Of a stretch of DNA of 64,000 nucleotides, positions 45,375 to 56,186 are shown in pieces. This DNA is from an uncultured Verrucomicrobiae bacterium (GTDB lineage: Bacteria > Verrucomicrobiota > Verrucomicrobiia > Chthoniobacterales > JAATET01). The notes under the pieces are model-generated. The model was not told where the DNA came from. It saw only the letters and a list, made by a program, of their open reading frames with translations, and did no database searches. The translations under genes were made by a program, and so were the position numbers. The stretch's first letter is position 1; each line of letters opens with the position of its first letter. The stretch covers positions 160,001-224,000 of the forward strand of contig CAVRCI010000002.1 of assembly GCA_963719495.1 (NCBI GenBank). The letters run 5' to 3'.

Positions 45375-46988
45375 TTGAAAACTGTCTTCCTCATCGCCAA
45401 CGGCGACCTCCGCATTGCCGCAAACCAAACCTGCGAGGCCGCGCAGGTCGCCATGGAAAAGCAGGTCACCGCCGCCGTCGAGGCGACCGGCGCGAAAGTG
45501 CGGCGCGCCCACGCCTACGACGAAGCGAAGCGGCACGGCTTCATCGACAGTCAGAAATACGGGATGGCCGTTTTCCGGGACATCCCGCCGGACGCGCCCC
45601 TCATCGTCGCGGAAGCGGTCTGGCAATACAGCCACCACATCCTCGCTGGATTGACGACGCACCGGGGGCCGATCCTCACGGTCGCGAACTGGAGCGGCAC
45701 CTGGCCGGGGCTCGTCGGGATGCTGAATCTCAACGGATCGCTGACGAAGGCGGGTGTGGCCTACAGCACGCTCTGGAGCGAGGAATTCGAGGACGATTTT
45801 TTCAAGAATGGCCTGAGCGAATGGCTGGAAAAGGGTGCGATCACGCAGGACACCTCGCACGTCGCCGCGCTGGCCGATGTCACGGTCCCACGGGCCGCGG
45901 CGGAGGTGGGCGAGCGGTTCGCCGCCGAGCTCCAGAAGAACAAGGCCATCATGGGCGTCTTCGACGAGGGCTGCATGGGGATGTTCAACGCAATCATTCC
46001 CGACGCCCTGCTCCATCCGACCGGCGTCTTCAAGGAGCGGCTGAGTCAGTCGGCGCTCTACGCGCGCATGCTCACGGTCTCGGAAGCGGAAGCTCAGGCG
46101 GTCTACGACTGGTACGTCGGGCGGGGCTTAGAATTCCACCTCGGCACGGACGACGCCACCGAGCTCACCGAAGCGCAGGTGCTCGAACAGTGTAAAATGT
46201 ATGTCGCCGCCGTGCGGATTGCCGACGATTTCGGCTGCGGGACGATCGGCATTCAGTATCAGCAGGGTCTGAAGGACCTCTGCCCGGCCTCGGATCTGGT
46301 CGAAGGAACGCTCAACAACGTCGACCGCCCACCGGTCACCCGCGAGGGAACGAGCGAAGTCATCCTGCCGGGTCGCGCGCTGCCCCACTTCAACGAAGTC
46401 GACGAGTGCGCCGGCCTCGATGGACTCGTGACGGACGGACTCTGGCGCGAACTTGGATTCGAGCCGGAGAATACCCTGCACGATCTGCGGTGGGGTCGCC
46501 ACTTCACCGGCACGTGCGCCGGGCGCGAACTCGACGATTACGTCTGGGTCTTCCTCATTTCCGGAGCGGCGCCGCCCGCTCACTACATCGGTGGTTGGCG
46601 GGGATCCCACAGCTACCGCCAGCCGCCGATGTATTTCGGCAAGGGTGGGGGAACGCTCGCCGGCGTCAGCAAGCCGGGTTGGATCGTTTGGAGCCGGGTT
46701 TTTGTCGCGGACGGTGCGCTGAAGTTCGACACCGGCCTAGGTGAAGTCGTCGAGCTTCCGGAGGAGGAAACCAAGGAACGTCTCGAACTCACCACACCGC
46801 AGTGGCCGATCATGCACGCGATCCTGCGGGGGATCAGCCGCGACCAGATGATGGCCCGGCACCAAGCGAACCACATTCAGGTCGTCTACGCCCCCAGCCG
46901 CGAAGACGCGATCAAGGGTCTCTTCGTGAAGGCGGCCGCGATGCGGGCGCTTGGTTTGGAAGTCGCAGTCTGCGGCGATCTCGACTGA
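45375..46988 (+). CDS. L-fucose isomerase-like protein
   Basis: [26 protein letters not shown]...P, HQANH. Confidence 0.75.
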   Translation: MKTVFLIANGDLRIAANQTCEAAQVAMEKQVTAAVEATGAKVRRAHAYDEAKRHGFIDSQKYGMAVFRDIPPDAPLIVAEAVWQYSHHILAGLTTHRGPILTVANWSGTWPGLVGMLNLNGSLTKAGVAYSTLWSEEFEDDFFKNGLSEWLEKGAITQDTSHVAALADVTVPRAAAEVGERFAAELQKNKAIMGVFDEGCMGMFNAIIPDALLHPTGVFKERLSQSALYARMLTVSEAEAQAVYDWYVGRGLEFHLGTDDATELTEAQVLEQCKMYVAAVRIADDFGCGTIGIQYQQGLKDLCPASDLVEGTLNNVDRPPVTREGTSEVILPGRALPHFNEVDECAGLDGLVTDGLWRELGFEPENTLHDLRWGRHFTGTCAGRELDDYVWVFLISGAAPPAHYIGGWRGSHSYRQPPMYFGKGGGTLAGVSKPGWIVWSRVFVADGALKFDTGLGEVVELPEEETKERLELTTPQWPIMHAILRGISRDQMMARHQANHIQVVYAPSREDAIKGLFVKAAAMRALGLEVAVCGDLD

Positions 46989-47018
46989 GGCGTCGTCGTG
47001 GTGCGGGAGGCCGGAGCG

Positions 47019-48026
47019 TCAGGCTCCGGTTTCCAGCGCCTTGACCCGTTTGTAGAGTTTCCCCAGGCGGGAAATCTGCGCGCAGTTTTCCCGGTATTCC
47101 TTGATCGGACGGGCGGGACCACCGCCGACGATCTCGCCGGACGGGACGCTTTTGTTCACGCCGCTCTGCGCGGCGACGATCGCCTGATCGCCAATCTCGA
47201 GGTGACCGACGATGCCGGCCTGCCCCGCCAGCGTGACGTATCGTCCGACGCGGGTGCTGCCGGAGACTCCGACCTGCGAGCAGAGGATGGAATGTTCGCC
47301 GATCCGGACGTTGTGGGCGATCTGGACGAGATTGTCGATCTTCGTGCCGGATTGGATCCAGGTTCGCCCGAAGCGCGCGCGGTCGATGGCGGTGTTTGCT
47401 CCGATCTCGACGTCGTCGCCGATTTCCACGATTCCGGTTTGCGGGATTTTTGCGTGGTGGCCGTTCTCGAGTTCATAGCCGAATCCGTCGGACCCGATGA
47501 CCGCACCCGCCTGGATTTCGACCCGGTCGCCGAGCACGCAGCGATCTTCGATGACGACGCGGGGGTGGAGGCGGCAGTCGGCGCCGACGACGGCTCCGGG
47601 GCCGACGACGCAGTGGGACTGAATGATCGAGCCGGCTCCGATCCGGGCTCCGGCGTCGATGGCTGCCATCGGGCCAACGTGCGCCGATGGGTCGATCTCG
47701 GCTTCCGGATGGACGACGGCGGACGGGTGGACGCCCGCTGAAAACTCGCGCGGCGGCGGCGCGAACTCCGCGAGAATGGTCGCGAAAGCGGTTGCGGGAT
47801 TGGCGCAGCGAACGGGTGCGGCGGCGATCGGCTCGGTGAAATCCATGGGCACGAGCACGGCGGTCGCCTGGGTCGCGCGGAGCGCCACGAGGTAGCGGGG
47901 ATCGCCGTAGAACGCGATGTCGCCCGCGGCGGCTTCGGGCAGCGAAGCGGGATGCGTGACCTCGAGAGATTCGTTCCCGGGAGCGATCTGACCATCGATG
48001 AGGTCGGCGATGTGGCGGAGTGTCAT
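47019..48026 (-). CDS. lpxD: UDP-3-O-(3-hydroxyacyl)glucosamine N-acyltransferase
   Basis: Hexapeptide repeats, [26 protein letters not shown]. Confidence 0.97.
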   Translation of the reverse strand: MTLRHIADLIDGQIAPGNESLEVTHPASLPEAAAGDIAFYGDPRYLVALRATQATAVLVPMDFTEPIAAAPVRCANPATAFATILAEFAPPPREFSAGVHPSAVVHPEAEIDPSAHVGPMAAIDAGARIGAGSIIQSHCVVGPGAVVGADCRLHPRVVIEDRCVLGDRVEIQAGAVIGSDGFGYELENGHHAKIPQTGIVEIGDDVEIGANTAIDRARFGRTWIQSGTKIDNLVQIAHNVRIGEHSILCSQVGVSGSTRVGRYVTLAGQAGIVGHLEIGDQAIVAAQSGVNKSVPSGEIVGGGPARPIKEYRENCAQISRLGKLYKRVKALETGA

Positions 48027-49954
48027 TGGGTGGATTCTTCCATCAGAAGGTCGAATCGGTCGAGGGTGAAGCGTTTCGCCTCCGGCTTGATGCGGAGGCG
48101 CAGGCTGAGGCTGTCGGCTGCTTCGGGGATCGTGAGGAAGAAGAAATCCTCGCTGGGATCGGGGAAGAGGTAGGGCTTGAGCGTGAGTTCCTGAATGCGC
48201 TGTCCGTCCCGGTAGAAGTAGACGTTCGCACGGACGGGTTCCGTCTCGTCCGAAGAGTAGCGGAGACCGAGAAAGAGCGTCTTCCCACGCAGCGAAGGCG
48301 GGATCGGCACGACCAGGTACTCCGTGGGGTCGGTGTTGCGGTTGGGGAGTTCCCACCGACCCGGCACGGCCAGTTGGGGGACGAAGAGTTCCCGCAGATT
48401 GCGCCCATCGGGTGTCAGTGGCGTGAGTTCCCGCTGGTCGCCGCGACGAACGAGGAACACAAAATCCGGCACGTCACCCTTGGCGATTGCGCGGGCGGCG
48501 GTCCAGTCCGTGAGCGGCGCCCGGAGGTAGGGTGCGATGCTGCCGATGCCGTCGAGGAGGTCGTATTCGGATTTTTTTCGTGTGCCGGTCCAAACCCATT
48601 TGCGGATGAACCAGATCTGGTCGGAGCGTTCCGCGACCCGCAACGTTTCGGTGCCGGGGTCGAGGAGGTCTTTTTTGAGGGTCCAATCGAATTTCGCGGC
48701 CTGCCCGGCATTCGCCATCGTGACGACCTGCCGCATGGCGGGATTGGCGAGGATGCGGCTGCCGACTGGAACGGTGCGGACGTAATCCGAAATTTCGGAC
48801 AGATAATTCGGGCCGCGAAACGGGCGGGAGGCGAAGGGAATCAGCCCGAGCGCGATGGCGGCGACGAGAACGGTCGGATTCACCGACGCCGATCGTTCGA
48901 AGCCCGCGAAGACCACCAAACGCCGGGCATGAACGGCCAGGAAGGACAGTCCGAGCGCGGCGGCGATGGCGAGAGGGAAGGCGAGACTGGCCAGGAAGCG
49001 GTCGCCGTCGCGCACCAACGGGCGGGGCGGGGAGAGGCTCTGGAGTGCGCAACTGTAGGTGAGCAGGTAGAGAAAACCGTAGGCGACGAGGGCGCGCCCG
49101 GGTTTGCCGAGCTGTCGGACGGCGGGGTAGAGTCCGACGAGGGCCGCGACCATGAAGATGACGTCCGAATAGCGGCGGTAAAATGCGGGGAGGAAGCGGA
49201 AGGGAAGTTGCCAGAGTGGCTGGGTCTCGGTGCCCTTTCTCCCGGTCGCGCCGAGGTTGGCGTGGATGTTGTGGAGCCAGTCTCCTGTGAGCGAGTAGTA
49301 GACGGCGGCCTCGATCGCCACGAAGCCGGCGGCAATACCGCCGCAGAGCGCCAGCCACAGGATCCGGCGCGGGTAGAATGCCAGCGTGCAGAGGACGAGG
49401 ACGGGGATCGCGAAGACACCGGTGATCCGGTTGGCCTGGCCGATTGCGAGGCAGAGACCGACGACGGCGGATAAAAGGATGTCCGGGCCAGTCCGAGGCG
49501 ACCTCATCAGCTTCAACCACGCGAGGAAGGCCGAGGCGACCCAGAAGCCCTCCGAGAGATCGGGCATCGGTCGGTCGATCACCGAGTCGAGTTGCGGGTG
49601 AAAGAGAAAGAGCACGCCCGCCAGGAGTGCGACGTCTCGGCTGGAGCCGATCTCCCGGGTGATGGCGCGCACCACGACCGCGCCGGCGCCGAGGTAGAGG
49701 ATCGGCTGAAGGTAGTAGGAGAGGGCGTCGAATCCGAAGGGGATCTGGAGCAACCAGCAAAGTCCCCAGATGGGCCAGCGCAGATCGTGAAACGATTCCG
49801 CACTCCAGGCACCCGGAGTGCCGAGGTGGAGATCCATCGCGAGGCCCCAGTAGTTCAAGTCGTCGCCAAGGGATGGCGAAGTCTGGTAGATCCAGCTCAC
49901 GGCAAACGCACCGAAGAACAGCAGGATCGGATCGAGAACGTTTCGAGTTCTCAT
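48023..49954 (-). CDS. GT-C-fold (ArnT/GT39-like) membrane glycosyltransferase
   Basis: Multi-TM protein with an acidic DD motif after TM1, PDL motif; overlaps the lpxD start. Confidence 0.65.
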   Translation of the reverse strand: MRTRNVLDPILLFFGAFAVSWIYQTSPSLGDDLNYWGLAMDLHLGTPGAWSAESFHDLRWPIWGLCWLLQIPFGFDALSYYLQPILYLGAGAVVVRAITREIGSSRDVALLAGVLFLFHPQLDSVIDRPMPDLSEGFWVASAFLAWLKLMRSPRTGPDILLSAVVGLCLAIGQANRITGVFAIPVLVLCTLAFYPRRILWLALCGGIAAGFVAIEAAVYYSLTGDWLHNIHANLGATGRKGTETQPLWQLPFRFLPAFYRRYSDVIFMVAALVGLYPAVRQLGKPGRALVAYGFLYLLTYSCALQSLSPPRPLVRDGDRFLASLAFPLAIAAALGLSFLAVHARRLVVFAGFERSASVNPTVLVAAIALGLIPFASRPFRGPNYLSEISDYVRTVPVGSRILANPAMRQVVTMANAGQAAKFDWTLKKDLLDPGTETLRVAERSDQIWFIRKWVWTGTRKKSEYDLLDGIGSIAPYLRAPLTDWTAARAIAKGDVPDFVFLVRRGDQRELTPLTPDGRNLRELFVPQLAVPGRWELPNRNTDPTEYLVVPIPPSLRGKTLFLGLRYSSDETEPVRANVYFYRDGQRIQELTLKPYLFPDPSEDFFFLTIPEAADSLSLRLRIKPEAKRFTLDRFDLLMEESTQ

Positions 49955-51543
49955 GGGGACGGATGCCGCCCGCGGTCGATTCCCAACCGGAGCGCGGACC
50001 AGGCGCAGTCGAGAAATGCGGCGGCGTAGAGGAACCAGAATGGTTCGAACGTGATGCGAAAGCGGGCCCGGACGTTGGCCGTGATCATGACGATCAGGAA
50101 AAGCGCGACGAGGAAACAGCCGAAGAGGAAGTGGAAGCCAAGCGGTTGGGGCGAGCGGACCGCGAGGGTGACGATCCCGAGCACGGCCAGCGTGTAAAGT
50201 GCGGGGAGTCCGTGGATCGATCCGCCTTTCACCTCGGAGCCCGGCAGACTCACGGAAAGGATCGGCAGCAGGGCAGCCTTCTGGAACGCCATGAGGTAGT
50301 TCTGCAGCCAGTCGCCGGGGACCGGGGTGTTCGTCGCCTCGAAGAACTCGGCGGCTTCCCGTTCAGTTGTGAGTTTTTCGCCCCACGCGAGTTCCGTGTA
50401 GCGAAGGGCCTTCCGGCGTTCTCCGTCTTCGAACAGGGCGGTGATCTGCCCCTCGAGCGCGTAGTCGTTGAAGCCGAGCGTGAGCGGCTCGTGGTGGCCG
50501 ATGACGAATTTCTGAACGGCGAAGCGGGGCATGGTCAGCGGATTGCGGAGGATCGTCTCGATGGCGGCGCGCTTGGCGATCCCGTTGACCCGCCCATTCG
50601 CCGCGCGCTCGGAAGTGCCCCGCCCGACCATGTCCTCGCGGATCGCGGCTTGCAGGGATTTCCGGATCCGAACGAGGCCCGGCAAATCGTTCGAAGCCCA
50701 CTCCGACCGACTCTCGTCCCGAACGTCGCGAACGGCTTCGGCCAGACCGGGCGAGGCGAAGAGACGATCGGGGGTGAATTGCACGACTGAAGCGTAGAGG
50801 AGGGTGCCTCCCTGAGAGGTCTGGGTGATCGCGAAAAGAAAGAACGCCCAGGCGCACGTCGCGCCGGTGGCGACGAAGCACATTTTCCGTTGCCCCCAGA
50901 AGGCGCGGACGACGAGCGCGACGCCGAGGAACGCGAAGAGGTGTCCCTCGGGGCGAGCGGTCGCTACCAGCAACAGGGCGAAATACAGGGCCACGAGGCT
51001 CCAGCGCGACGGCGATTGGCTGAAGCCCCATCCGACCAGTGCCACCAGGAGCGCGGCGAAGACGGCGTAGATCTCCGCCAGCGCAACGTGTTCGTACCAG
51101 AGGATGGCAGGGTGGAGCGCGACGATGCAGGTCACTGGCACGATGAAAACACGCCAGCGAACGAACCAGGCACGAACCAACATTCCCACGATGAGGACGA
51201 GCGCCATCCCGAGGACGTGCTGGAGAGCGGCGGCGAAGCCGAGAACGGGCACCCCAAGCAGAGCGGGGATGCAATAGACGGCCGGAACCAGCGGCGTTTT
51301 TTTGCCCTCGGTGGCGAAAGCGGCCTTCGACAGAAGCTGATTCGCGGTCTCGAGCGTCGCGGCGCTGTCGTCGTGAATGAAGGCGACCGGATAATGCCAG
51401 AGAACGTACGCCCGAAGAGCAACCGCAAGGAGGACTGCGGGTAGGCAAAGGAGCAACGCCTCACGCAGACCGTGCCGCCGGACGAACTGCCGCCGGGCCG
51501 ACCGAGCCGCCCGGAGCGAATCTCCGATGTGGTCCGCGATCAC
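49951..51543 (-). CDS. Polytopic membrane protein, GT-C-like
   Basis: HDDS after TM1, many TM segments, RP motif, late R.R motif. Confidence 0.6.
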   Translation of the reverse strand: MIADHIGDSLRAARSARRQFVRRHGLREALLLCLPAVLLAVALRAYVLWHYPVAFIHDDSAATLETANQLLSKAAFATEGKKTPLVPAVYCIPALLGVPVLGFAAALQHVLGMALVLIVGMLVRAWFVRWRVFIVPVTCIVALHPAILWYEHVALAEIYAVFAALLVALVGWGFSQSPSRWSLVALYFALLLVATARPEGHLFAFLGVALVVRAFWGQRKMCFVATGATCAWAFFLFAITQTSQGGTLLYASVVQFTPDRLFASPGLAEAVRDVRDESRSEWASNDLPGLVRIRKSLQAAIREDMVGRGTSERAANGRVNGIAKRAAIETILRNPLTMPRFAVQKFVIGHHEPLTLGFNDYALEGQITALFEDGERRKALRYTELAWGEKLTTEREAAEFFEATNTPVPGDWLQNYLMAFQKAALLPILSVSLPGSEVKGGSIHGLPALYTLAVLGIVTLAVRSPQPLGFHFLFGCFLVALFLIVMITANVRARFRITFEPFWFLYAAAFLDCAWSALRLGIDRGRHPSP

Positions 51544-52850
51544 GTGCCGCGCAGTCCGCTGAGCAGCAGCTCGGCGTTGGTCGCCGTGTTCAGGAGATTG
51601 GATTGGAAGACTTCCATGGCTTCGACGGCTGGCATTTCGGCCAGTTGCTTACGAATCTCGAACACACGATCCAGCTCGTCCGGATGGTAGAGTAATTCCT
51701 CGCGGCGGGTGGCGGATTTCGTGACGTGGAGAGCGGGAAAGACACGCTGCTCCGCGACGGAGCGGTCGAGGTGGATCTCCATGTTGCCGGTGCCCTTGTA
51801 TTCCTCGAAGATGAGGTCATCCATGCGGCTGTGGGTGTCGACCAGCGCCGTGGCCAGAATCGTCAGGCTACCTCCTTCTTCGACGTTGCGCGCCGCGCCG
51901 AAAAATCGCTTGGGGCGGGCGAGGGCTTTCGCGTCGATCCCGCCGCTCATCGTCCGCCCCTTCTTTCCTCCGGGCATGAGGTTGTTGTAGCCCCGGGAGA
52001 GGCGGGTGATGCTGTCGAGGAGGATGACGACATCCTTGCGCATCTCGACCAGGCGCTTGGCTCGCTCGGACACCAGCTCCGCGACCTGCACGTGGCGGGC
52101 GGGGGATTCGTCGAAGGTGCTGGCAAAGATGTCGCAGTCGAGCTCGCGTTGGAAATCGGTCACCTCCTCGGGGCGTTCGTCGACGAGCAGGAGAATCAGA
52201 TGAATCCCGGGCTCGGCTTTGCGAATCGCCCGGGCCAGCTCCTTCAACAGCACCGTTTTCCCGGCGCGGGGGGGCGCCACGATGAGGCCGCGTTGACCCA
52301 TGCCGAGGGGAGAGATGATGTCGACCGCCCGGGGGGAGATTTCCTTGCTGCCCGGGACTTCCAGTAGGATGCGCCGGTTCGGAAAGAGTGCCGTCAGTTT
52401 TTCGAAATCCACGGTCGGTTCCCACTCGGCAACGTGGACGTCTTCGATCTCGAGAATGGCTTCTGCCACGAGTCCGCTTTCACGACGCTCGGGGCTGCGC
52501 GTTGCGACGCGCAGCTTTTGCCCGGGCCGGACGCCGTGTGGTTCCAACAGTTTGTTCGGCAGCAGGACGTCCTCCGGACAGGCGCGGAAATGAAATTGCG
52601 GCCATCGGAGAATCGAGCGGTCGTTTTCGCTCTCGACGATTCCTTCGGCTTCGACGCGGTCTCCCTGGGAGAGGTGAAAGCGGACTTGATCCATCACGAG
52701 GTGATGGAGGCTGCCGTCGGTGCGAACTCGGATCTCCAATTCCTCGGCGCGGGCGACGAGTTCCTTGCGGGAGAACCGGTGAAGGTCGTTGATCGATATG
52801 GTGGCGGGAGCGCGAGTCGGCGCGACCGGAGGCTCGGGAGAGTCAGTCAT
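51540..52850 (-). CDS. rho: Transcription termination factor Rho (atypical N-terminal RNA-binding domain)
   Basis: [54 protein letters not shown]. Confidence 0.95.
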   Translation of the reverse strand: MTDSPEPPVAPTRAPATISINDLHRFSRKELVARAEELEIRVRTDGSLHHLVMDQVRFHLSQGDRVEAEGIVESENDRSILRWPQFHFRACPEDVLLPNKLLEPHGVRPGQKLRVATRSPERRESGLVAEAILEIEDVHVAEWEPTVDFEKLTALFPNRRILLEVPGSKEISPRAVDIISPLGMGQRGLIVAPPRAGKTVLLKELARAIRKAEPGIHLILLLVDERPEEVTDFQRELDCDIFASTFDESPARHVQVAELVSERAKRLVEMRKDVVILLDSITRLSRGYNNLMPGGKKGRTMSGGIDAKALARPKRFFGAARNVEEGGSLTILATALVDTHSRMDDLIFEEYKGTGNMEIHLDRSVAEQRVFPALHVTKSATRREELLYHPDELDRVFEIRKQLAEMPAVEAMEVFQSNLLNTATNAELLLSGLRGT

Positions 52851-53446
52851 GTTGGCGAGTTCAGGAGAGCGGCGAAGAGTTCGGCTTGGGCCTCCAGAAA
52901 CCGAGGTGGCCCGTCGTTCCAAACGATGTGGTCGGAACGCCGCATCTTAACTTCAAGTCCGAGCTGGGATGCGAGTATTTTCCGAGCGATTTCCGTGGGC
53001 ATGTGCCGGTCACGCTCGAGTCTCCGCAGTTGGAGCGTCGCCGGGCAGGCGACCAAAACCGTGAGATCGAGCTCGGTTTCCGCGCCCGTTTCGAAGAGGA
53101 GGGGAATCTCGACGAAGAAATTGCGACCCACCCCGGTGGCCCGAGCAGCCGCAGCAGTCCAGCGGTTTCGAATGATTGGATGGAGGATCGATTCGAGGCT
53201 CCGGCGCATGGCGTCGTCTTCAAAGACTATCCGTCGCAGAAACGCACGATTTACATCGCCGTCGGCGGAGAAAGCTTCCGGCGAGATTTCGGCAGCGACT
53301 CGCTCCCTCACATCGGTGTTGCGATTCAATAACTCGTGCCCACAGCGATCCGTGTCGAAAAATTCGCCCTCGACCCGCTCCAGAAGCAGATTGCGAAAGC
53401 TGGATTTGCCGGACGCAATGCCGCCAGTGATGCCGATGCGGGGCAT
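52847..53446 (-). CDS. coaE: Dephospho-CoA kinase
   Basis: IGITGGIASGKS, LE.I.HP, IPLLFE. Confidence 0.96.
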   Translation of the reverse strand: MPRIGITGGIASGKSSFRNLLLERVEGEFFDTDRCGHELLNRNTDVRERVAAEISPEAFSADGDVNRAFLRRIVFEDDAMRRSLESILHPIIRNRWTAAAARATGVGRNFFVEIPLLFETGAETELDLTVLVACPATLQLRRLERDRHMPTEIARKILASQLGLEVKMRRSDHIVWNDGPPRFLEAQAELFAALLNSPT

Positions 53447-53508
53447 GGAGATCGATGGGGTTCAGTCGAGGTTGGCGGATGGAGGTGGCGGAACCACGAG
53501 GATTCAAC

Positions 53509-53545
53509 AAAAAATCGGCGGGAGAGGATCAACCCCGCCCGCCGA
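53509..53545 (-). terminator. Intrinsic terminator after the secretin genes
   Basis: TCGGCGGG...CCCGCCGA stem followed by a T-tract on the minus strand. Confidence 0.7.
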
Positions 53546-53569
53546 CTTTCAAGCCCATTGGCTGAGCTC

Positions 53570-56167
53570 CTATTTGTAGCCGCCCTTGATCTCGTAGGCC
53601 GGAGGAGGGACCGAGTCGGGCACCCCAAGGAGTTCCACGATCTCTTCCTCTTCCTCACCGGAGCGGACCCGCTTGCCTTCGGCGTCCATTAGGTTCGCGG
53701 TGACGAAGATGATGAGGTTCTTTTTGATTTTCTGGTCCACGTCGGAGCGGAACAATCGGCCGACGAGTGGGATGTCACCAAGAACGGGCACTTTGTCTTC
53801 GACTTTCTGCACGTCCTCACGGATGAGCCCGCCAATTGCAACGGTCATTCCGTCCCAGATCGTGACATTAGTGGTCACCTTCCGAGTGCTGAAGACCGGC
53901 TGGTTGATCACATTCGATGTGACGACCTGAACGCGCGGGGTGAACAGATTGGCAAGCTCGCCGGGATCGATGCCACGAATCGGGGTTCCGTAGTCGATGA
54001 AACCTTCGAAGTCGACCACCTCGGGCGAAAGCTCCAAGTCGATCGTGTAGTTGTCGGGGCCAACGACCGGCGTGACGTCGAGGGTCACGCCAGTGTTCCG
54101 GGTTTCAAAAGCCGTTGGAGTCGTGGGAGTGATGACGCCCGATGTGACGAAGCCCTGAGCCGAAATGGACCCACTGCTGAGCGTGCCGGTCGACTGTGGG
54201 ATCTGTGGCGGATCGAACTCGCTGGGGTAGCGGAACTCGCGAACGATGTTGATCACCGCCTTGGAGCCGCTCTTTGTCGTGACCTTGGGTGCGGACATCA
54301 AGTCGATCCCTTTCTTCTGGTTGAGTGCTCGAATTGCCAGCTGGAATTGCGGATTCGTGAAGACGCCGGAGAGTCCGAAGATCGCGGGGGACACACCGGC
54401 TGGAACCTGCCCGAGGAGTCCATCGATCCCGTTGACCGAGATGGCTTCGCCGCCTGCTCCCTGCCCGGAGCGAAGGCCGCCAGTGACGTTATTCTGACCG
54501 ATCGGGCCGCCCCCGGGAGAGTTGAATGGGAACTCGGCGGAATTGAGACCGGGAGATCCGCCGGCTCCGTAAATCGGGCTGTTGGTCCCGCCAATTTGGA
54601 GGGGGCCGAGCGTCCAGTCGAATCCGAGTTCCTTCAGATTGTTCTGATTGATCTCGACGAACTTGGCCTCGATTTCGACCTGGGTCGGAGCTTGTCCGAC
54701 GGTGATGTCGACCAGCACGTCGATCAGATCGATGTTCTCCTGAGTGTTCCGGACGACGAGTCGGCTACCGGAGGCGATGTAGTTTGCGCTGGCTCCGGGT
54801 GGGAAAGCGATGCTCTGAGACTCGAGGTAGGTCTGCGCGTTCTGCCGTCCCTTGATTCGTTCCTCCGGGGTGGTATCCGAGTTGAACGTGAAGGACGAGA
54901 TGCTGGCCGTCTCTCCGGTGCTGGCCTGACTCGGAATAAAGGTCGGCGGAACGCGGTATTCCTTCGTGACCAAGGCGTCGGTGACTTCCGTGAGCGGCAC
55001 GATCGAAACGGCGACCGAATCGATCTTGATTTTGAGACCGGCCAGATCGGACAGGTAACGAAGCGCCTCGTAGAGAGGCACGTTGTTCAGCGCCAGGGTA
55101 ACGGTCGTGTCCTCGGTGGCCGTCGGTGCCGGTGCGGCATCGACATCGTCACCCGGGACGCCAAGAAGGCCGTCGCTGGCTGCGGCGGCGGAACCGCTCG
55201 GGACCTTGAGAAAAATATTCACGCCCTTTTTCGCGGGGTCAGGCTCGAGCGTGTCGAGCTGCTGACTGATCTGGCGGAGGTATTCGACGGCCTCTCGGAT
55301 CGTCGTGTCACGCAGATCGAGCTGAGGAATGATGATTCGATTCAGCTTGGCCGTGATCTGTTCGTTCTGGGCGGCTGGTCCGAGAGTCGTGTCGCGGATC
55401 GTGTCCTTGCCACCCTGAAATTTCTTACGGGGGAGTTCCCAGTGCTCGGTCACTTCCCAGAGAAGACGGCTCCGCGTCTCGTTGTAGGCATTCTCGTAGT
55501 AATCGCCCTTGGCGTTGGCAATTTTCTCGAGGCCCTTCTGAGCGGCGATGTTGTAGCGGTCGACGTTGAGGACTGCCGTGAAGCGTCGGGTGGCGAGATC
55601 GTAGCGCCCGGTGGTGAAAAAGCCTTCGGCCTCGATCAAGAGCTGAGAGACCTCATCACGGTCGGCGGCGAATTGCGGCGTGACCGTCTTGTTGTAGTAA
55701 TCCGGTTGCTCGAGTTGGGAGAGCAGTTTGACGGCGGGGGTGTAGGTCGGGTTGTATTCGGGAAGCAGAATGGTCTTGGCGACCCTCTCGGCATCGGCGT
55801 AGCGACCGGTATCGATGAGCTCGTTGGCGTAAGCGAGGCCGGACTTGCTGAACTTGCTCAGGGTCTCCGAGCGTTCTCCGCCGGTGGCAGCCCCGGGGCC
55901 GAGGAGGTCGAGCGCATTCAAGTAGCTCTGGTAGGCGGTCTCGTAATCTTCCTTTGCCCAGGCGCGGTCACCTTCGGTGATGAACTGTCGTGCGATGACG
56001 ACGTCCTCCTGACGGCGCACGATCTCCCGTTCGGACTGTGAGCTAAGGGACCCGGTGCCCACGTACGTCTCGCCCTTGACTTGGGCGTGGGCGCTTTGGG
56101 CGAGGGAAACGAGCGCTGCGAGCAGAATACCCAGGCGCGTGGCGGTGAAGGAGAGGGGTTTGGTCAT
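53570..56167 (-). CDS. Secretin-family outer membrane protein (Amuc_1098-like), paralog 2
   Basis: TPR-like N-terminus, QVEIEAKFVE, SAPKVTT.SG, GGL.RE...KVP.LGDIP.VGRLF. Confidence 0.9.
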   Translation of the reverse strand: MTKPLSFTATRLGILLAALVSLAQSAHAQVKGETYVGTGSLSSQSEREIVRRQEDVVIARQFITEGDRAWAKEDYETAYQSYLNALDLLGPGAATGGERSETLSKFSKSGLAYANELIDTGRYADAERVAKTILLPEYNPTYTPAVKLLSQLEQPDYYNKTVTPQFAADRDEVSQLLIEAEGFFTTGRYDLATRRFTAVLNVDRYNIAAQKGLEKIANAKGDYYENAYNETRSRLLWEVTEHWELPRKKFQGGKDTIRDTTLGPAAQNEQITAKLNRIIIPQLDLRDTTIREAVEYLRQISQQLDTLEPDPAKKGVNIFLKVPSGSAAAASDGLLGVPGDDVDAAPAPTATEDTTVTLALNNVPLYEALRYLSDLAGLKIKIDSVAVSIVPLTEVTDALVTKEYRVPPTFIPSQASTGETASISSFTFNSDTTPEERIKGRQNAQTYLESQSIAFPPGASANYIASGSRLVVRNTQENIDLIDVLVDITVGQAPTQVEIEAKFVEINQNNLKELGFDWTLGPLQIGGTNSPIYGAGGSPGLNSAEFPFNSPGGGPIGQNNVTGGLRSGQGAGGEAISVNGIDGLLGQVPAGVSPAIFGLSGVFTNPQFQLAIRALNQKKGIDLMSAPKVTTKSGSKAVINIVREFRYPSEFDPPQIPQSTGTLSSGSISAQGFVTSGVITPTTPTAFETRNTGVTLDVTPVVGPDNYTIDLELSPEVVDFEGFIDYGTPIRGIDPGELANLFTPRVQVVTSNVINQPVFSTRKVTTNVTIWDGMTVAIGGLIREDVQKVEDKVPVLGDIPLVGRLFRSDVDQKIKKNLIIFVTANLMDAEGKRVRSGEEEEEIVELLGVPDSVPPPAYEIKGGYK

Positions 56168-56186
56168 CGGTTAAAACGGCAGCGGT

